The notes under the pieces: generated by a model
Told to the model about the DNA's origin: nothing
Database searches by the model: none
What the model saw: the letters and a program-made list of their open reading frames with translations, nothing else
Virus record (IMG/VR): IMGVR_UViG_3300045988_139374
Coordinates: 32,001-96,000 of that record
Strand: one strand, 5' to 3'
Length of the DNA stretch: 64,000 nucleotides
From: a virus
Made by a program: the position numbers and the translations under genes
Shown here: piece by piece, positions 36,052 through 45,420 of the stretch
Numbering within the stretch: position 1 is the stretch's first letter
How the letters are laid out: every line of letters begins with the position of its first letter

Positions 36052-38391
36052 ATGGCAAATGATAAAAATGCCAATCAGAGAAAGATCAATAATTCTCTAG
36101 ATTTGCTAGATCGTCAGGTCAATGACCTATACAGAACTACATATTCAACAACTAATACATCTGAAGAACTTAAATCTCAGCTATCTGATAAACTAGATGA
36201 TGCTATCAAGAAGTCTACACAAGAGGATGGAGATATCCAGAATCTTTCTAATACTTCTAAGATTATTATGAAGCTTATGAAGCCTGAAAATAATGGAGCT
36301 TCTAATAAGCTTAATAAATCTTTCGGTAAAGGTGTAGGAGATGATATCTCTGTTCTGTTTAACAATGCTGGTGTCCAGGCGTCTTTAATGGATACTTATG
36401 CAAAGACTAAATGGATCACTGAGCTTGATAATGAATTTGATCTAATCTGCAAATATATGCCTAAGTTACAAGCAGCTCTAGATATTAAGAGAGATGCAGT
36501 TCTTTGTTCTGATTTTTATACTAAAGAATTTCTTAATATAAGACCTAGATATGAAAATCCTACATCCTCTGCAAATGCTGCTATTTCTAGCAATATCGAA
36601 GAAATGGTTAAGAAGTATGATCTTTCCAATAGAGCAGAAAAATGGTATGACAATACTTCTAAGTATGGCGAACAATTTGTTTACTGTGTGCCTTATTCTT
36701 CAGCATTCCAAGAGCTTCTAAGGAGAAAGAATAATACTGGATACACTGCAACAATCCAGCATGAATCTACTATTTCTTCTAATAAAAATAGTAAGCCTAA
36801 TGTAACTGCAAATGCTGTAGTAAATGAAGCCGGTGAGATTTCTATTAAGGTTAACTTTGATACTTCTAAGGTTATTATAGAAGCTGTAGAGAAAGAACAA
36901 TATGTACGAAAAAATAGAGCTGCTGTAAATCCTAAATTTAGAGGATTGTCTGAATCTTTTATCATTACAGAATCTAATGATAAATTTGAAGATCATCTGA
37001 AAAAGAATGGTAAATCTACAGAAGTCAATTTTGATAATACAATTGGAGATACCATTGATTGGGAAGATGATAAGACAGCTGCAAATGGTCTAGTGGATCC
37101 TAATGGAACCGATTCTACTGCTAAGATTAGTCTGAATGGTGCAGTTCTTACTGATATTAAGCATGATAGAATTATTCCTATTTATATTGAGGATACAATA
37201 TTTGGCGGCTATTATATTAGATATAGTGAAGATCAGGATATCGATATCAATTCTATTGATAATATCACTGGATATAATTCTGTAACTGGAATGTTTGATA
37301 ACGGTCCTATTGGTGCTCAATCTTCTAATTATGATGAAGACGAAGTAAATAATAAGGATATGCTTCTAAGATCTCTAGCAGCAAATATTTCTGATAAAAT
37401 TGACTCTGCATTCATTAATGCAAATGCAGATCTCAAGAAAGAGTTGTATTTGCTTCTAAAGTTTAATGATAAATATAATCAGCTTGCTCATACTCCTGAT
37501 TTGGATATTGTATTTATTCCTGCAGATGATATTCATCATTTGAAGTTCAATGACGATCCTATTACTCATAGAGGAATTAGTGATCTTTGGAATTCGCTAG
37601 TATCTGCTAAGCAGTGGATTATGCTTAATACAACTTCTGTATTGGGATGGACTACTAGAGGCTTTGATCGTAGAATTTACTATGTGAAGCAGTCTCTAGA
37701 CACTAATGTCGCACAATCTCTTCTGAATGTTATTAGTACTATTAAGAAGGGCAATTTTGGTATTCGTCAGATGGAATCTGTTAATAATATTCTTAATATG
37801 GTTGGCAGATTTAATGACTTTGTTATTCCTGTTGGACCTAATGAAGATCCTCCGATTCGGTTTGATACTCAATCTGGTCAGCAATTTGATTTTCCTCAAG
37901 ACTTAATGGCAAATCTAGAAGAATCTGCTGTTAATGCAACTGATGTTCCTCTAGAAATTGTTAATAGTTCTACTGGTATGGACTTTGCAGTTAGATATAC
38001 AATGACTAATGCAAAGCTTCTCCGTAATGTCTTGAAGAGGCAAGCAAAGATGGAAGCATTCCTAGCTGATATCTTTACTAAGATTTATAAGTTCGAATAC
38101 AATGAAGATGTAGAGCTTACAGTCAATCTTCCTATTCCTGCTTTCTTGAGTATGACTCAAGGATCTCAGCTACTTCAGAGTGCTACTCAGTATGCTGAAT
38201 CTATTACTGATATTGAAATGAATGGCGAGCAAGATGAAGCTAAGAATGCATTCAAGAAACTTGTCATTCGTAAGCTAATTCCTTCTTATCTGTCTGATAA
38301 GGACATTGAAGAAATTAAGAATATTATCAAGATTGATAATAATATTACTAGCAGTGAAAATGGATTGAGTGCAGAAGATCTAGCAGACTAA
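36052..38391 (+). CDS. Large late protein (779 aa), possible portal or other virion protein
   Basis: Preceded by a late-type motif and a strong RBS. The function guess rests only on size and context. Confidence 0.3.
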   Translation: MANDKNANQRKINNSLDLLDRQVNDLYRTTYSTTNTSEELKSQLSDKLDDAIKKSTQEDGDIQNLSNTSKIIMKLMKPENNGASNKLNKSFGKGVGDDISVLFNNAGVQASLMDTYAKTKWITELDNEFDLICKYMPKLQAALDIKRDAVLCSDFYTKEFLNIRPRYENPTSSANAAISSNIEEMVKKYDLSNRAEKWYDNTSKYGEQFVYCVPYSSAFQELLRRKNNTGYTATIQHESTISSNKNSKPNVTANAVVNEAGEISIKVNFDTSKVIIEAVEKEQYVRKNRAAVNPKFRGLSESFIITESNDKFEDHLKKNGKSTEVNFDNTIGDTIDWEDDKTAANGLVDPNGTDSTAKISLNGAVLTDIKHDRIIPIYIEDTIFGGYYIRYSEDQDIDINSIDNITGYNSVTGMFDNGPIGAQSSNYDEDEVNNKDMLLRSLAANISDKIDSAFINANADLKKELYLLLKFNDKYNQLAHTPDLDIVFIPADDIHHLKFNDDPITHRGISDLWNSLVSAKQWIMLNTTSVLGWTTRGFDRRIYYVKQSLDTNVAQSLLNVISTIKKGNFGIRQMESVNNILNMVGRFNDFVIPVGPNEDPPIRFDTQSGQQFDFPQDLMANLEESAVNATDVPLEIVNSSTGMDFAVRYTMTNAKLLRNVLKRQAKMEAFLADIFTKIYKFEYNEDVELTVNLPIPAFLSMTQGSQLLQSATQYAESITDIEMNGEQDEAKNAFKKLVIRKLIPSYLSDKDIEEIKNIIKIDNNITSSENGLSAEDLAD

Positions 38392-38405
38392 TAATCAACA
38401 AAATT

Positions 38406-38432
38406 CCCAGAGGATCGTTAAGACCCTCTGGG
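38406..38432. terminator. Hairpin between convergent genes
   Basis: cccagagg/cctctggg stem. Confidence 0.5.
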
Positions 38433-38493
38433 ATTATTATATTAATTTACAGTGCCAAGGAGGATTTTTATTAGCACAATAATTTAATACTTA

Positions 38494-39375
38494 TTAGCCA
38501 AGCTGAGTGCCTCTAGAAGTCTTAGAAGCAACAGTGTTGCCCAGAGACTTGCTAGACAGAATGTCACCAACCAGACCGAATCCAGTATTCTCAACCTTAG
38601 ACTTATAAACATCGTACTGATAGTTGTTAGAGTCAAGGATAAGCATACGATTCTTATTCTTAGTGGTAAGATCATTCTGAAGCATCATGTTAGCATACTT
38701 ATTAACCTGATCGCCCATAATGGGATAGCAGTTAAAGCTCATGCTAACTTCCTGGAACTGAATATCGCCATGTGTAGAGTTATACATCTGACTAGTGGGA
38801 GCAGCAGTAGGCTGAGCATTGCACAACAGATATGCCTTCTCAATAGAACGCATAGTATTATCAGTGACATAGTACAGGAAAGTAAAGACCTCATAATCAG
38901 GACCAGGATCAGTAATAGAGCTACCAATCAGACCATGATAAGTCTTAGCCTTAGAATAAGGATCCTTAATACCAGTCAGATAATAAGACAGGTAGTTAGT
39001 CAGCAGAGAGCCAGAACGCTCGAAGAAGGACATGCTAACTTGGATAGAAGTATCCATGCTGACATTGTTGATAACCTGAAGTTCATTGACACCATTGGTA
39101 ACAGTACCAGCATCAGCAGTGATATCAGGAATACCATCAAGGCCACGGAACTCACCTTCCAGAATATGAACAAATCCATCCTGCAGGTTCTTAACCTTTG
39201 CATCTTGTGCAGCCAGCAGCTGCATATATCTAGGAACAGAAACAACAGTCAGGAAAGAATAGCCAGTCTCATAAAGATCAAACTGCTTCAGGTTGGAGTA
39301 GTCAGTAACACCCTTCATCAGAGTATACTCAGACACATTACGAGGCATCTTAATATAGTTCAAACCGACAGACAT
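38494..39375 (-). CDS. Candidate tail tube protein
   Basis: 293 aa, high-expression codon usage, 18 nt downstream of the candidate sheath gene. Confidence 0.45.
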   Translation of the reverse strand: MSVGLNYIKMPRNVSEYTLMKGVTDYSNLKQFDLYETGYSFLTVVSVPRYMQLLAAQDAKVKNLQDGFVHILEGEFRGLDGIPDITADAGTVTNGVNELQVINNVSMDTSIQVSMSFFERSGSLLTNYLSYYLTGIKDPYSKAKTYHGLIGSSITDPGPDYEVFTFLYYVTDNTMRSIEKAYLLCNAQPTAAPTSQMYNSTHGDIQFQEVSMSFNCYPIMGDQVNKYANMMLQNDLTTKNKNRMLILDSNNYQYDVYKSKVENTGFGLVGDILSSKSLGNTVASKTSRGTQLG

Positions 39376-39393
39376 ATTTTAGTTCCTCCTTTC

Positions 39394-41298
39394 TTAAGAA
39401 TTGTCACTGGTAGTATCAGTAACACCAGGGATCGGATTAGAGGACGGAGATCCCTCAACAGCAAAGACGTCAAAGACCTCAGCCTGCGGGAAATCTCTAT
39501 AATAGCAATACAGAGATGCATTGAAAATCTTATTAGCAGTCTGCACATCATCCTTAGTATAAACCAGAGTGATAGACTTAAAGAACTGCTCATACTTAGA
39601 AACGACGTTGTCCTGAATCAGATCCTTATACTTGCCGAAGTCAGTTGCATCGGGCTCCATCAGCATAAAGCGAATGGTAGGAACATAACGACGAATTGCC
39701 TTAACAACACGCTGTGTAACCAGAACATTGTTGATGTAAGACAGAGGACCATTATGATCCTGAGAAGTATAAGTGGACTGAATTGCTAGCTGACGATCAG
39801 CAGTCAGATTAACAAAGTTAACCTTCAGATCATCCAGAACCTGCTTCTGATCATAGTCAGGAGTAACACGAGGAATGATATTCAGAGTGCCCTCAATTGC
39901 ACTAGTGATGATGAAGTTGTTGAACTCACCAGCAATAGGTGCAGCAATATTGGTGCTATAGTGATTGACCAGCAGAGGAGCCAGATCATATCCCATAGTA
40001 ACACGAATTTCCTTATGAGAATACTCATCCAGGACATCATAGACAGACATATAGTCACCCACAAAGCAGCTCTGATTCCAACCAGAGCCAGCATCAAAGA
40101 GCAGCTGCACATCTTCTAGAGTCTCAATATTCAGACCTAGATCACGGAAATAGAAGAAGTCTTCCCGGAAATCCGCAAGAGATACGATTTGCCCCTTAAC
40201 ACTGAGAGGATAGTTGGCGTCAACACAAAAGTCAATCTTATGCTGATCCAGATCGAAGATCTCATCAGAGAACTCACCAGAGAAGAACTTAACTGCCTCA
40301 GCAGCCCACTCATCAGTAGCTGCTTCACCAGGGAACGGAGCATCACCAAACTTGCCGTTGCTACCAGACATCAGAGACATACCATAAACACTGGTAAGAT
40401 CCATGCCAGTATCATCAACACGAATGGTAGATAGAGCCTTACCCTTCAGAGAGCAACCGAACATGGGATCGATCTTATAAAGCTCATCAACAGTATAGCC
40501 AGTAACCTCAGCAACCTTTGCCAGGAATGCTTCCATACCGATATCATCTTGACCAACAATCAGCTGATCCATGGTACGGTTAGTCAGAAGCATGTTACGA
40601 CGCTCACCATTGACAGTATTAACTGCCTCAGGGTAAATAGAGAAACGCTGAGTCTCAACGATATCCTCATCCTCGACACTCATGATCTTATACAGCATAT
40701 AAGTCAGACGTCTAGAAGAAGTATAATCGGGAACAATACGTAGTTTCTTAACAGACTTGCCACGACCATTATCACAGACAACAAACAGAGGGAAGACTGT
40801 ATCAGTCTTCATAGCATCTGCCTTCTTCTTAACTTCTGCATAGGTCTTAGCATTCTCAACAGTCATAGTGGAATACTTAATCTTTGCAAAATTAGTCGTA
40901 GCAGGAGTGCCAGTGACCTCAGTAGTCTCCTTACCATGCTCATCAAGATACAGAGGCTTACCATCAGCAGAAGTCTTATTCTCCTTACCAGCAGTAATTT
41001 CAGCAGTGATGACTAGGTTAGCCAGAGTAGCATCTTCTGCAACAATACGCTTGCCCAGAACACGACCACCGGCCTTCAGGATTCTATGTGCTTCGAGCAG
41101 GGGCTGGCCATACTTAAAGAAGTTAGGAGTCTCGCCATACTCTTTCACAAAGTCATCATATACGTAATCAGTAATTTTCTCTGTGCCTTTGTCGGAGGAA
41201 AAGGCACACAGAAACAACGGCAGAGAGTCATCAGTCGAAGAAGCAGTACCCTTCGGCATTAGCACTTCATGCCAGTTAACTGTCATTCCAGCATACAT
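39394..41298 (-). CDS. Candidate contractile tail sheath protein
   Basis: 634 aa, high-expression codon usage. ...LKAGGRVLGKRIV segment resembles the sheath N-terminal GG..(V)..R(V) pattern. Followed by a tube-sized gene. Confidence 0.55.
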   Translation of the reverse strand: MYAGMTVNWHEVLMPKGTASSTDDSLPLFLCAFSSDKGTEKITDYVYDDFVKEYGETPNFFKYGQPLLEAHRILKAGGRVLGKRIVAEDATLANLVITAEITAGKENKTSADGKPLYLDEHGKETTEVTGTPATTNFAKIKYSTMTVENAKTYAEVKKKADAMKTDTVFPLFVVCDNGRGKSVKKLRIVPDYTSSRRLTYMLYKIMSVEDEDIVETQRFSIYPEAVNTVNGERRNMLLTNRTMDQLIVGQDDIGMEAFLAKVAEVTGYTVDELYKIDPMFGCSLKGKALSTIRVDDTGMDLTSVYGMSLMSGSNGKFGDAPFPGEAATDEWAAEAVKFFSGEFSDEIFDLDQHKIDFCVDANYPLSVKGQIVSLADFREDFFYFRDLGLNIETLEDVQLLFDAGSGWNQSCFVGDYMSVYDVLDEYSHKEIRVTMGYDLAPLLVNHYSTNIAAPIAGEFNNFIITSAIEGTLNIIPRVTPDYDQKQVLDDLKVNFVNLTADRQLAIQSTYTSQDHNGPLSYINNVLVTQRVVKAIRRYVPTIRFMLMEPDATDFGKYKDLIQDNVVSKYEQFFKSITLVYTKDDVQTANKIFNASLYCYYRDFPQAEVFDVFAVEGSPSSNPIPGVTDTTSDNS

Positions 41299-41381
41299 AA
41301 GCTGTCTTCCTCCTTGTTAGGTAAATTAATTTGAATCAAAAAGATTAAAGATTATAACTGATTCTTTAAATCAAGTATATA

Positions 41382-41395
41382 ATTATTGTAATGTT
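41382..41395 (-). promoter_or_regulatory. Late promoter-like motif AACA-N6-TAAT
   Basis: Minus strand reads AACATTACAATAAT, 84 nt upstream of the sheath ATG. Confidence 0.55.
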
Positions 41396-41437
41396 GCTTT
41401 TAAGTACTCGATCTGGGGCACTATATAATGTGGCATC

Positions 41438-42220
41438 TTACATAGTGATGACTCTTTCTAGAGGACTCTCTTTATGAGTTCTCTTACCAGATTTTTCTTC
41501 ATCTGACAACAAGACAGCACTCATAATAGCTTCATCAAGATTCTCAGATGTCAAAGAAACAAACGGAGAAATATATTTAGAAGCTTCTTTGATTGAAATA
41601 GAAGTATATCCAGTCATTTTAGAATTAGCAGTTTTAGACAATCTAAAAGGAGTAGATATATCTTCAGGATCTCTACAGATCTTAGAATACAATAGTCCCA
41701 TTGCTTGAGCATGAATTTTGTATGTACCAGAATTCAATGCCATGCATTCAAATGGATATTGATATAATTCATTATAAGGAATAGTATTAGGAATTCTACC
41801 AGTCTGGATATGAAGTCTAAACAATTCTGCTAGATTATCCATATCTTGTTCAACATGGCAACGAGTAATTAGTTGATCGTCTTTATAGAAAATTAATACC
41901 CTATAATCAGAAGGATCTAGACCAGTATCAAGTTGAACATCCTTACGCTTTTCAATCTTTCCAGGACGGCAAAGGAAAATAGTAGGAAAATTAAATGCTC
42001 GTAGTTTACTAGGAGATCCATTAGCTGCGATAACTCGATAGTTAAAAGATCCCATTAGTCTTACATATGCTCCTTCAACTGTTGCTGAAGTAGATTTACC
42101 AGAACCAAAATAATCCTCAGGAATATAATATTCCAAAGAACCATCTTGATTAAATAGTAATGCATCTTCTTCCCTTCGTGCGAAAGGAGGAATTTCAGTA
42201 AATTTAAATGTTAGTGCCAT
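41438..42220 (-). CDS. Hypothetical late protein
   Basis: ORF with RBS aggagg, in the structural block. Confidence 0.55.
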   Translation of the reverse strand: MALTFKFTEIPPFARREEDALLFNQDGSLEYYIPEDYFGSGKSTSATVEGAYVRLMGSFNYRVIAANGSPSKLRAFNFPTIFLCRPGKIEKRKDVQLDTGLDPSDYRVLIFYKDDQLITRCHVEQDMDNLAELFRLHIQTGRIPNTIPYNELYQYPFECMALNSGTYKIHAQAMGLLYSKICRDPEDISTPFRLSKTANSKMTGYTSISIKEASKYISPFVSLTSENLDEAIMSAVLLSDEEKSGKRTHKESPLERVITM

Positions 42221-42241
42221 TGATTTATCCTCCTAAAAGGT

Positions 42242-42255
42242 ATTATAAACAAGTT
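42242..42255 (-). promoter_or_regulatory. Weaker late-type motif (AACT-N6-TAAT)
   Basis: Minus strand reads AACTTGTTTATAAT. Confidence 0.3.
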
Positions 42256-42260
42256 AAAAG

Positions 42261-42287
42261 CCAGAGATGAGGATTTCCCATCTCTGG
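42261..42287 (-). terminator. Terminator after the glycosyltransferase gene
   Basis: ccagagatg/catctctgg 9-bp stem, with ctttt following on the minus strand. Confidence 0.5.
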
Positions 42288-42301
42288 ATTATTACTATTA
42301 T

Positions 42302-43432
42302 TTAGTATACAGTATTCGTACATACTCCTGTTTCTTTAGCAAATAGAATAGTCTTATAATTATTGACAATTCTTTCATCATCAGGGTTATGTTCATAAGC
42401 AATAGCAATATGATAATATGCTTCATCAATGTTGCCAAGATAATAATTGCAAATAGACAGTAGATCGCTATCTTTTGCAATCCAATTATCATATCTTTCA
42501 AGCCAATCATATTTTCTAGTGCCAAATTTACGGCCCATATCAATATATCCTACAGCAATAGAATATAATCCTTGAGCCATATATACATCGGCAATACAGA
42601 AATATGGTTCTCTATATGTATAATTCAATTTAATCCATTCTATATACCATTTAATAGCATTATCATAATCACCCTTAACGAAATAATTATCTCCTAGATG
42701 GCCAATACAATCAAGCTTGATTCCGACTTTATCCTCATTATTGATCTCATCATACTCAAGAGTCTTTAGATACTGCTTAATAGAATTATCATAATCTCCA
42801 GCAATATAATATTCTCTAGCAAGAAGAGAACTTACGTGACTATCTTTAGGATTCTCTTCAACTGCAATTTTCAATAGAGGAAGATACGAAGATCTAGCTT
42901 TAGTAGTATCCATAAAATGATGAAGATAGATATTATCTCCAGCATCTAGGATATTCTCTTCCATATTAGGATCATTTTTCTCTAGAATCTCGTGAACAGG
43001 ATATTTCCAATGATAATTTTTTGTATGAATCTTATCATAAGTAAATACATTTGTAGGTTCACCATTGCTATTATGCGACCATGCATACATATAATGGCAT
43101 CTAGTATCTCCATCTTCCCAATTTTCTCTAAGTACATTACACCATCCCTTTTCAAAGATTTCATCGAAATCTGTGCATACACAAATTTCAACATCATCAG
43201 GGATTAATTTCATAGATTCATTACGTGCAACATCAAATCTCCAAGGATTAATAACTTTCTGTTCCACTCTAGTTACTCTAGGATCTTCTTTGAGTAATTC
43301 AAAAGAACCATCAGTAGAGCCTGTATCCAATACTACAATATAATCAGCCTCTGACATATTATCTAGCCATCTATTAATCCATTTAGATTCATTCTTACAG
43401 ATAGCATAAACACAAATTTTCTTATCAGTCAT
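42302..43432 (-). CDS. Family-2 glycosyltransferase fused to TPR-like repeats
   Basis: N-terminus ICVYAICKNE...VVLDTGSTDGS and TDFDE (DxD-like). The C-terminal half has four GDYDNAI/YY-type TPR-like repeats. Confidence 0.7.
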   Translation of the reverse strand: MTDKKICVYAICKNESKWINRWLDNMSEADYIVVLDTGSTDGSFELLKEDPRVTRVEQKVINPWRFDVARNESMKLIPDDVEICVCTDFDEIFEKGWCNVLRENWEDGDTRCHYMYAWSHNSNGEPTNVFTYDKIHTKNYHWKYPVHEILEKNDPNMEENILDAGDNIYLHHFMDTTKARSSYLPLLKIAVEENPKDSHVSSLLAREYYIAGDYDNSIKQYLKTLEYDEINNEDKVGIKLDCIGHLGDNYFVKGDYDNAIKWYIEWIKLNYTYREPYFCIADVYMAQGLYSIAVGYIDMGRKFGTRKYDWLERYDNWIAKDSDLLSICNYYLGNIDEAYYHIAIAYEHNPDDERIVNNYKTILFAKETGVCTNTVY

Positions 43433-43601
43433 CCTTAATCTCTCCTTCTTCTGTAACTAGATTACTAGTCAATTCTTTTCCACAGCAAATACAAAGGCAT
43501 TGAACATATCCTCTAGTATCCAGAATTAATTTAATAGCTTTATTAACAGGAATTTCTGTGACTACACCACAATCATCACATTTAAAAGCTACTACCTTCA
43601 T
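43425..43601 (-). CDS. Zinc-ribbon mini-protein (58 aa)
   Basis: FKCDDCG...CLCICCG. ATG at 43601 follows aaggag. Overlaps the glycosyltransferase start. Confidence 0.5.
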   Translation of the reverse strand: MKVVAFKCDDCGVVTEIPVNKAIKLILDTRGYVQCLCICCGKELTSNLVTEEGEIKDD

Positions 43602-43606
43602 AAAGA

Positions 43607-43780
43607 TCACTCCTTATTAGATACTTCAATGATTCTATCGCTTTCTACATTATTTCCACAATGAGGGCAAACACATCTGCATTTTCCAAAAATCTTAATA
43701 TAGTCTTCTCCAAATTGAGTTACAGGAACTTCAAAGTTTTCATTACAATCAGGGCAATAAAAAGATACTACATTTCTCAT
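43607..43780 (-). CDS. Zinc-ribbon mini-protein (57 aa), paralog of the next gene; not in the supplied ORF track
   Basis: Hand translation: MRNVVSFYCPDCNENFEVPV...CRCVCPHCGNN...SNKE-stop. RBS aggagg lies 8 nt upstream. Confidence 0.5.
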   Translation of the reverse strand: MRNVVSFYCPDCNENFEVPVTQFGEDYIKIFGKCRCVCPHCGNNVESDRIIEVSNKE

Positions 43781-43808
43781 AATATTTAATCCTCCTAAAT
43801 AAAATAAA

Positions 43809-43833
43809 GGGAAGGAGCAGAGAGCTCCTTCCC
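43809..43833 (-). terminator. Terminator after the HxH fibre gene
   Basis: gggaaggagc/gctccttccc stem, with tttattttattt on the minus strand. Confidence 0.6.
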
Positions 43834-43869
43834 CACTTTTTACTTAGAAGTCGAATTGATAAAAGATTA

Positions 43870-45231
43870 TCAATAGTTATTGCCCTTAATAGAAACACTA
43901 TGGGTATGCTGTGCGATGCTATGAGTATGAGCAGTCGGCTTAGTGTAGCTGTGGCTATGAGCAGCAACCTTAAGAGCATAGGTGAAGGTGTTAGTGGTCG
44001 GAGTAATAGTATGGCTATGAGCTCCAATAGTAACACTGTGGCTATGAGCAGCGATAGTAACACTATGAGAGTGGCCACCTGCAGAGGTAGTAGCAACAGT
44101 ACCAGCACCTGCAGCACTCAGAGTTGCACCGGTGACATAAGTAATAGTATCACCAACAGTTGCAGAGACACTATGAGTATGTGCACCTGCAGCACCAGTT
44201 ACAGAGACACCAGTAACAACAGACTTGGAGCCAGTAGCAACATTGACAGTATGGCTATGAGCAGCAATAGTAACACTATGAGTATGTGCACCTGCAGCAC
44301 CAGTTGCAGAGACACCAGTAACAACAGTCATAGAACCAAGACTCAGAATGCCATCAGCATAGCTTGCAGGAGATGCTGCAGTACCAGTACTAGGAGTGAT
44401 GCTATGAGAGTGACTACCAGCAGAGCTGGAATTAACAGTAGCACCGCCACCAGCACTTAGAGTTGCACCAGTGACATAAGTCAGAGTTGCAGTACTAGGA
44501 GTGATACTATGAGTATGATTGCCAGCGGAACCAGTTGCAGTACCAACAGCAGTAACAGGAGAAAGTGTTGCAGTTGCAACATTGACAGTATGGCTATGAG
44601 CAGCAATAGTAACACTATGAGTATGTGCACCAGCAGAAGTAGAAGTAATAGTAGCCGCACCAGCTGCTGCAGAAGTAACAGTAGCACCACCACCAGAACC
44701 AGTAACAGTAGGAGCACCTGCAGTATCAGTAATACTAACAGTAGTATCGATAGCACCACCAGCACCAGTGTTAGAAGCTGCACCTGCACCTGCAGAACCA
44801 GTTGCCGTAGCACCAGCAGTAGCTGCAGTACCACTTAGAGTAATCTGGCCCTTCTTAGCGTAATCAGTCAGGTCAGTTGCAGTGGTGCCAATCTTTTCCC
44901 AGACATACTGAACATAACCAGCAGCGCCAGTACTATCGGGGCCCTTATCAATAGTAACAAATTCAACATAGGTACCAGAAATACCACCATCATTAGCGAC
45001 GAGGTAAATCTTACCCATAGTACTAGCTGCAGCAGTGGTAGCAGGAGCACCAATAGCACCATCTCCAGCAGCTTCTTTACGAGCATTATCAGTTACAAGC
45101 TGAACGCCTGCATTAATCATATCAGCAATGTTTTGCCAAGTCTTCGGATTACCAGATCCGTCCTGGATGTACTTAGCATTAAGGTCATAAGATACGCCTT
45201 CGACCTTAATCTGTTTGATGTTATCAGCCAT
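43870..45231 (-). CDS. Tail-fibre-like protein with 13 HxH motifs
   Basis: A/T/G/S-rich repeats of the form AGAHTHSVTIAAHSHTVNVAT. High-expression codon usage. Its N-terminal domain is related to that of the 45421 gene product. Confidence 0.6.
   Translation of the reverse strand: MADNIKQIKVEGVSYDLNAKYIQDGSGNPKTWQNIADMINAGVQLVTDNARKEAAGDGAIGAPATTAAASTMGKIYLVANDGGISGTYVEFVTIDKGPDSTGAAGYVQYVWEKIGTTATDLTDYAKKGQITLSGTAATAGATATGSAGAGAASNTGAGGAIDTTVSITDTAGAPTVTGSGGGATVTSAAAGAATITSTSAGAHTHSVTIAAHSHTVNVATATLSPVTAVGTATGSAGNHTHSITPSTATLTYVTGATLSAGGGATVNSSSAGSHSHSITPSTGTAASPASYADGILSLGSMTVVTGVSATGAAGAHTHSVTIAAHSHTVNVATGSKSVVTGVSVTGAAGAHTHSVSATVGDTITYVTGATLSAAGAGTVATTSAGGHSHSVTIAAHSHSVTIGAHSHTITPTTNTFTYALKVAAHSHSYTKPTAHTHSIAQHTHSVSIKGNNY
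44237..44292. repeat. 56-nt exact direct repeat, copy 1 (inside the fibre gene)
   Basis: gcaacattgacagtatggctatgagcagcaatagtaacactatgagtatgtgcacc, identical to 44576-44631. Confidence 0.85.
44576..44631. repeat. 56-nt exact direct repeat, copy 2
   Basis: Identical to 44237-44292. Encodes the repeated AHTHSVTIAAHSHTVNVA unit. Confidence 0.85.
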
Positions 45232-45298
45232 ATTGTTTTAACCTCGCTTAACTGAAATTATTAACGGCAAATATCCATCGATCTGTAATGGATAATGG

Positions 45299-45312
45299 AT
45301 TATTAGAATGTT
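45299..45312 (-). promoter_or_regulatory. Late promoter-like motif AACA-N6-TAAT
   Basis: Minus strand reads AACATTCTAATAAT, directly after the upstream terminator and 68 nt before the ATG. Confidence 0.55.
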
Positions 45313-45328
45313 TTTCTTAAAAATAAAT

Positions 45329-45358
45329 GATCCAGTAGAGAATGTTCTCTACTGGATC
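45329..45358 (-). terminator. Rho-independent terminator
   Basis: 13-bp stem gatccagtagaga/tctctactggatc, with a T-run on the minus strand. Confidence 0.65.
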
Positions 45359-45420
45359 TTAATTCACTTAGAATTTACGCAACAGGCAAAGCTTCATATA
45401 CACCAAAACTACAACTAAAA

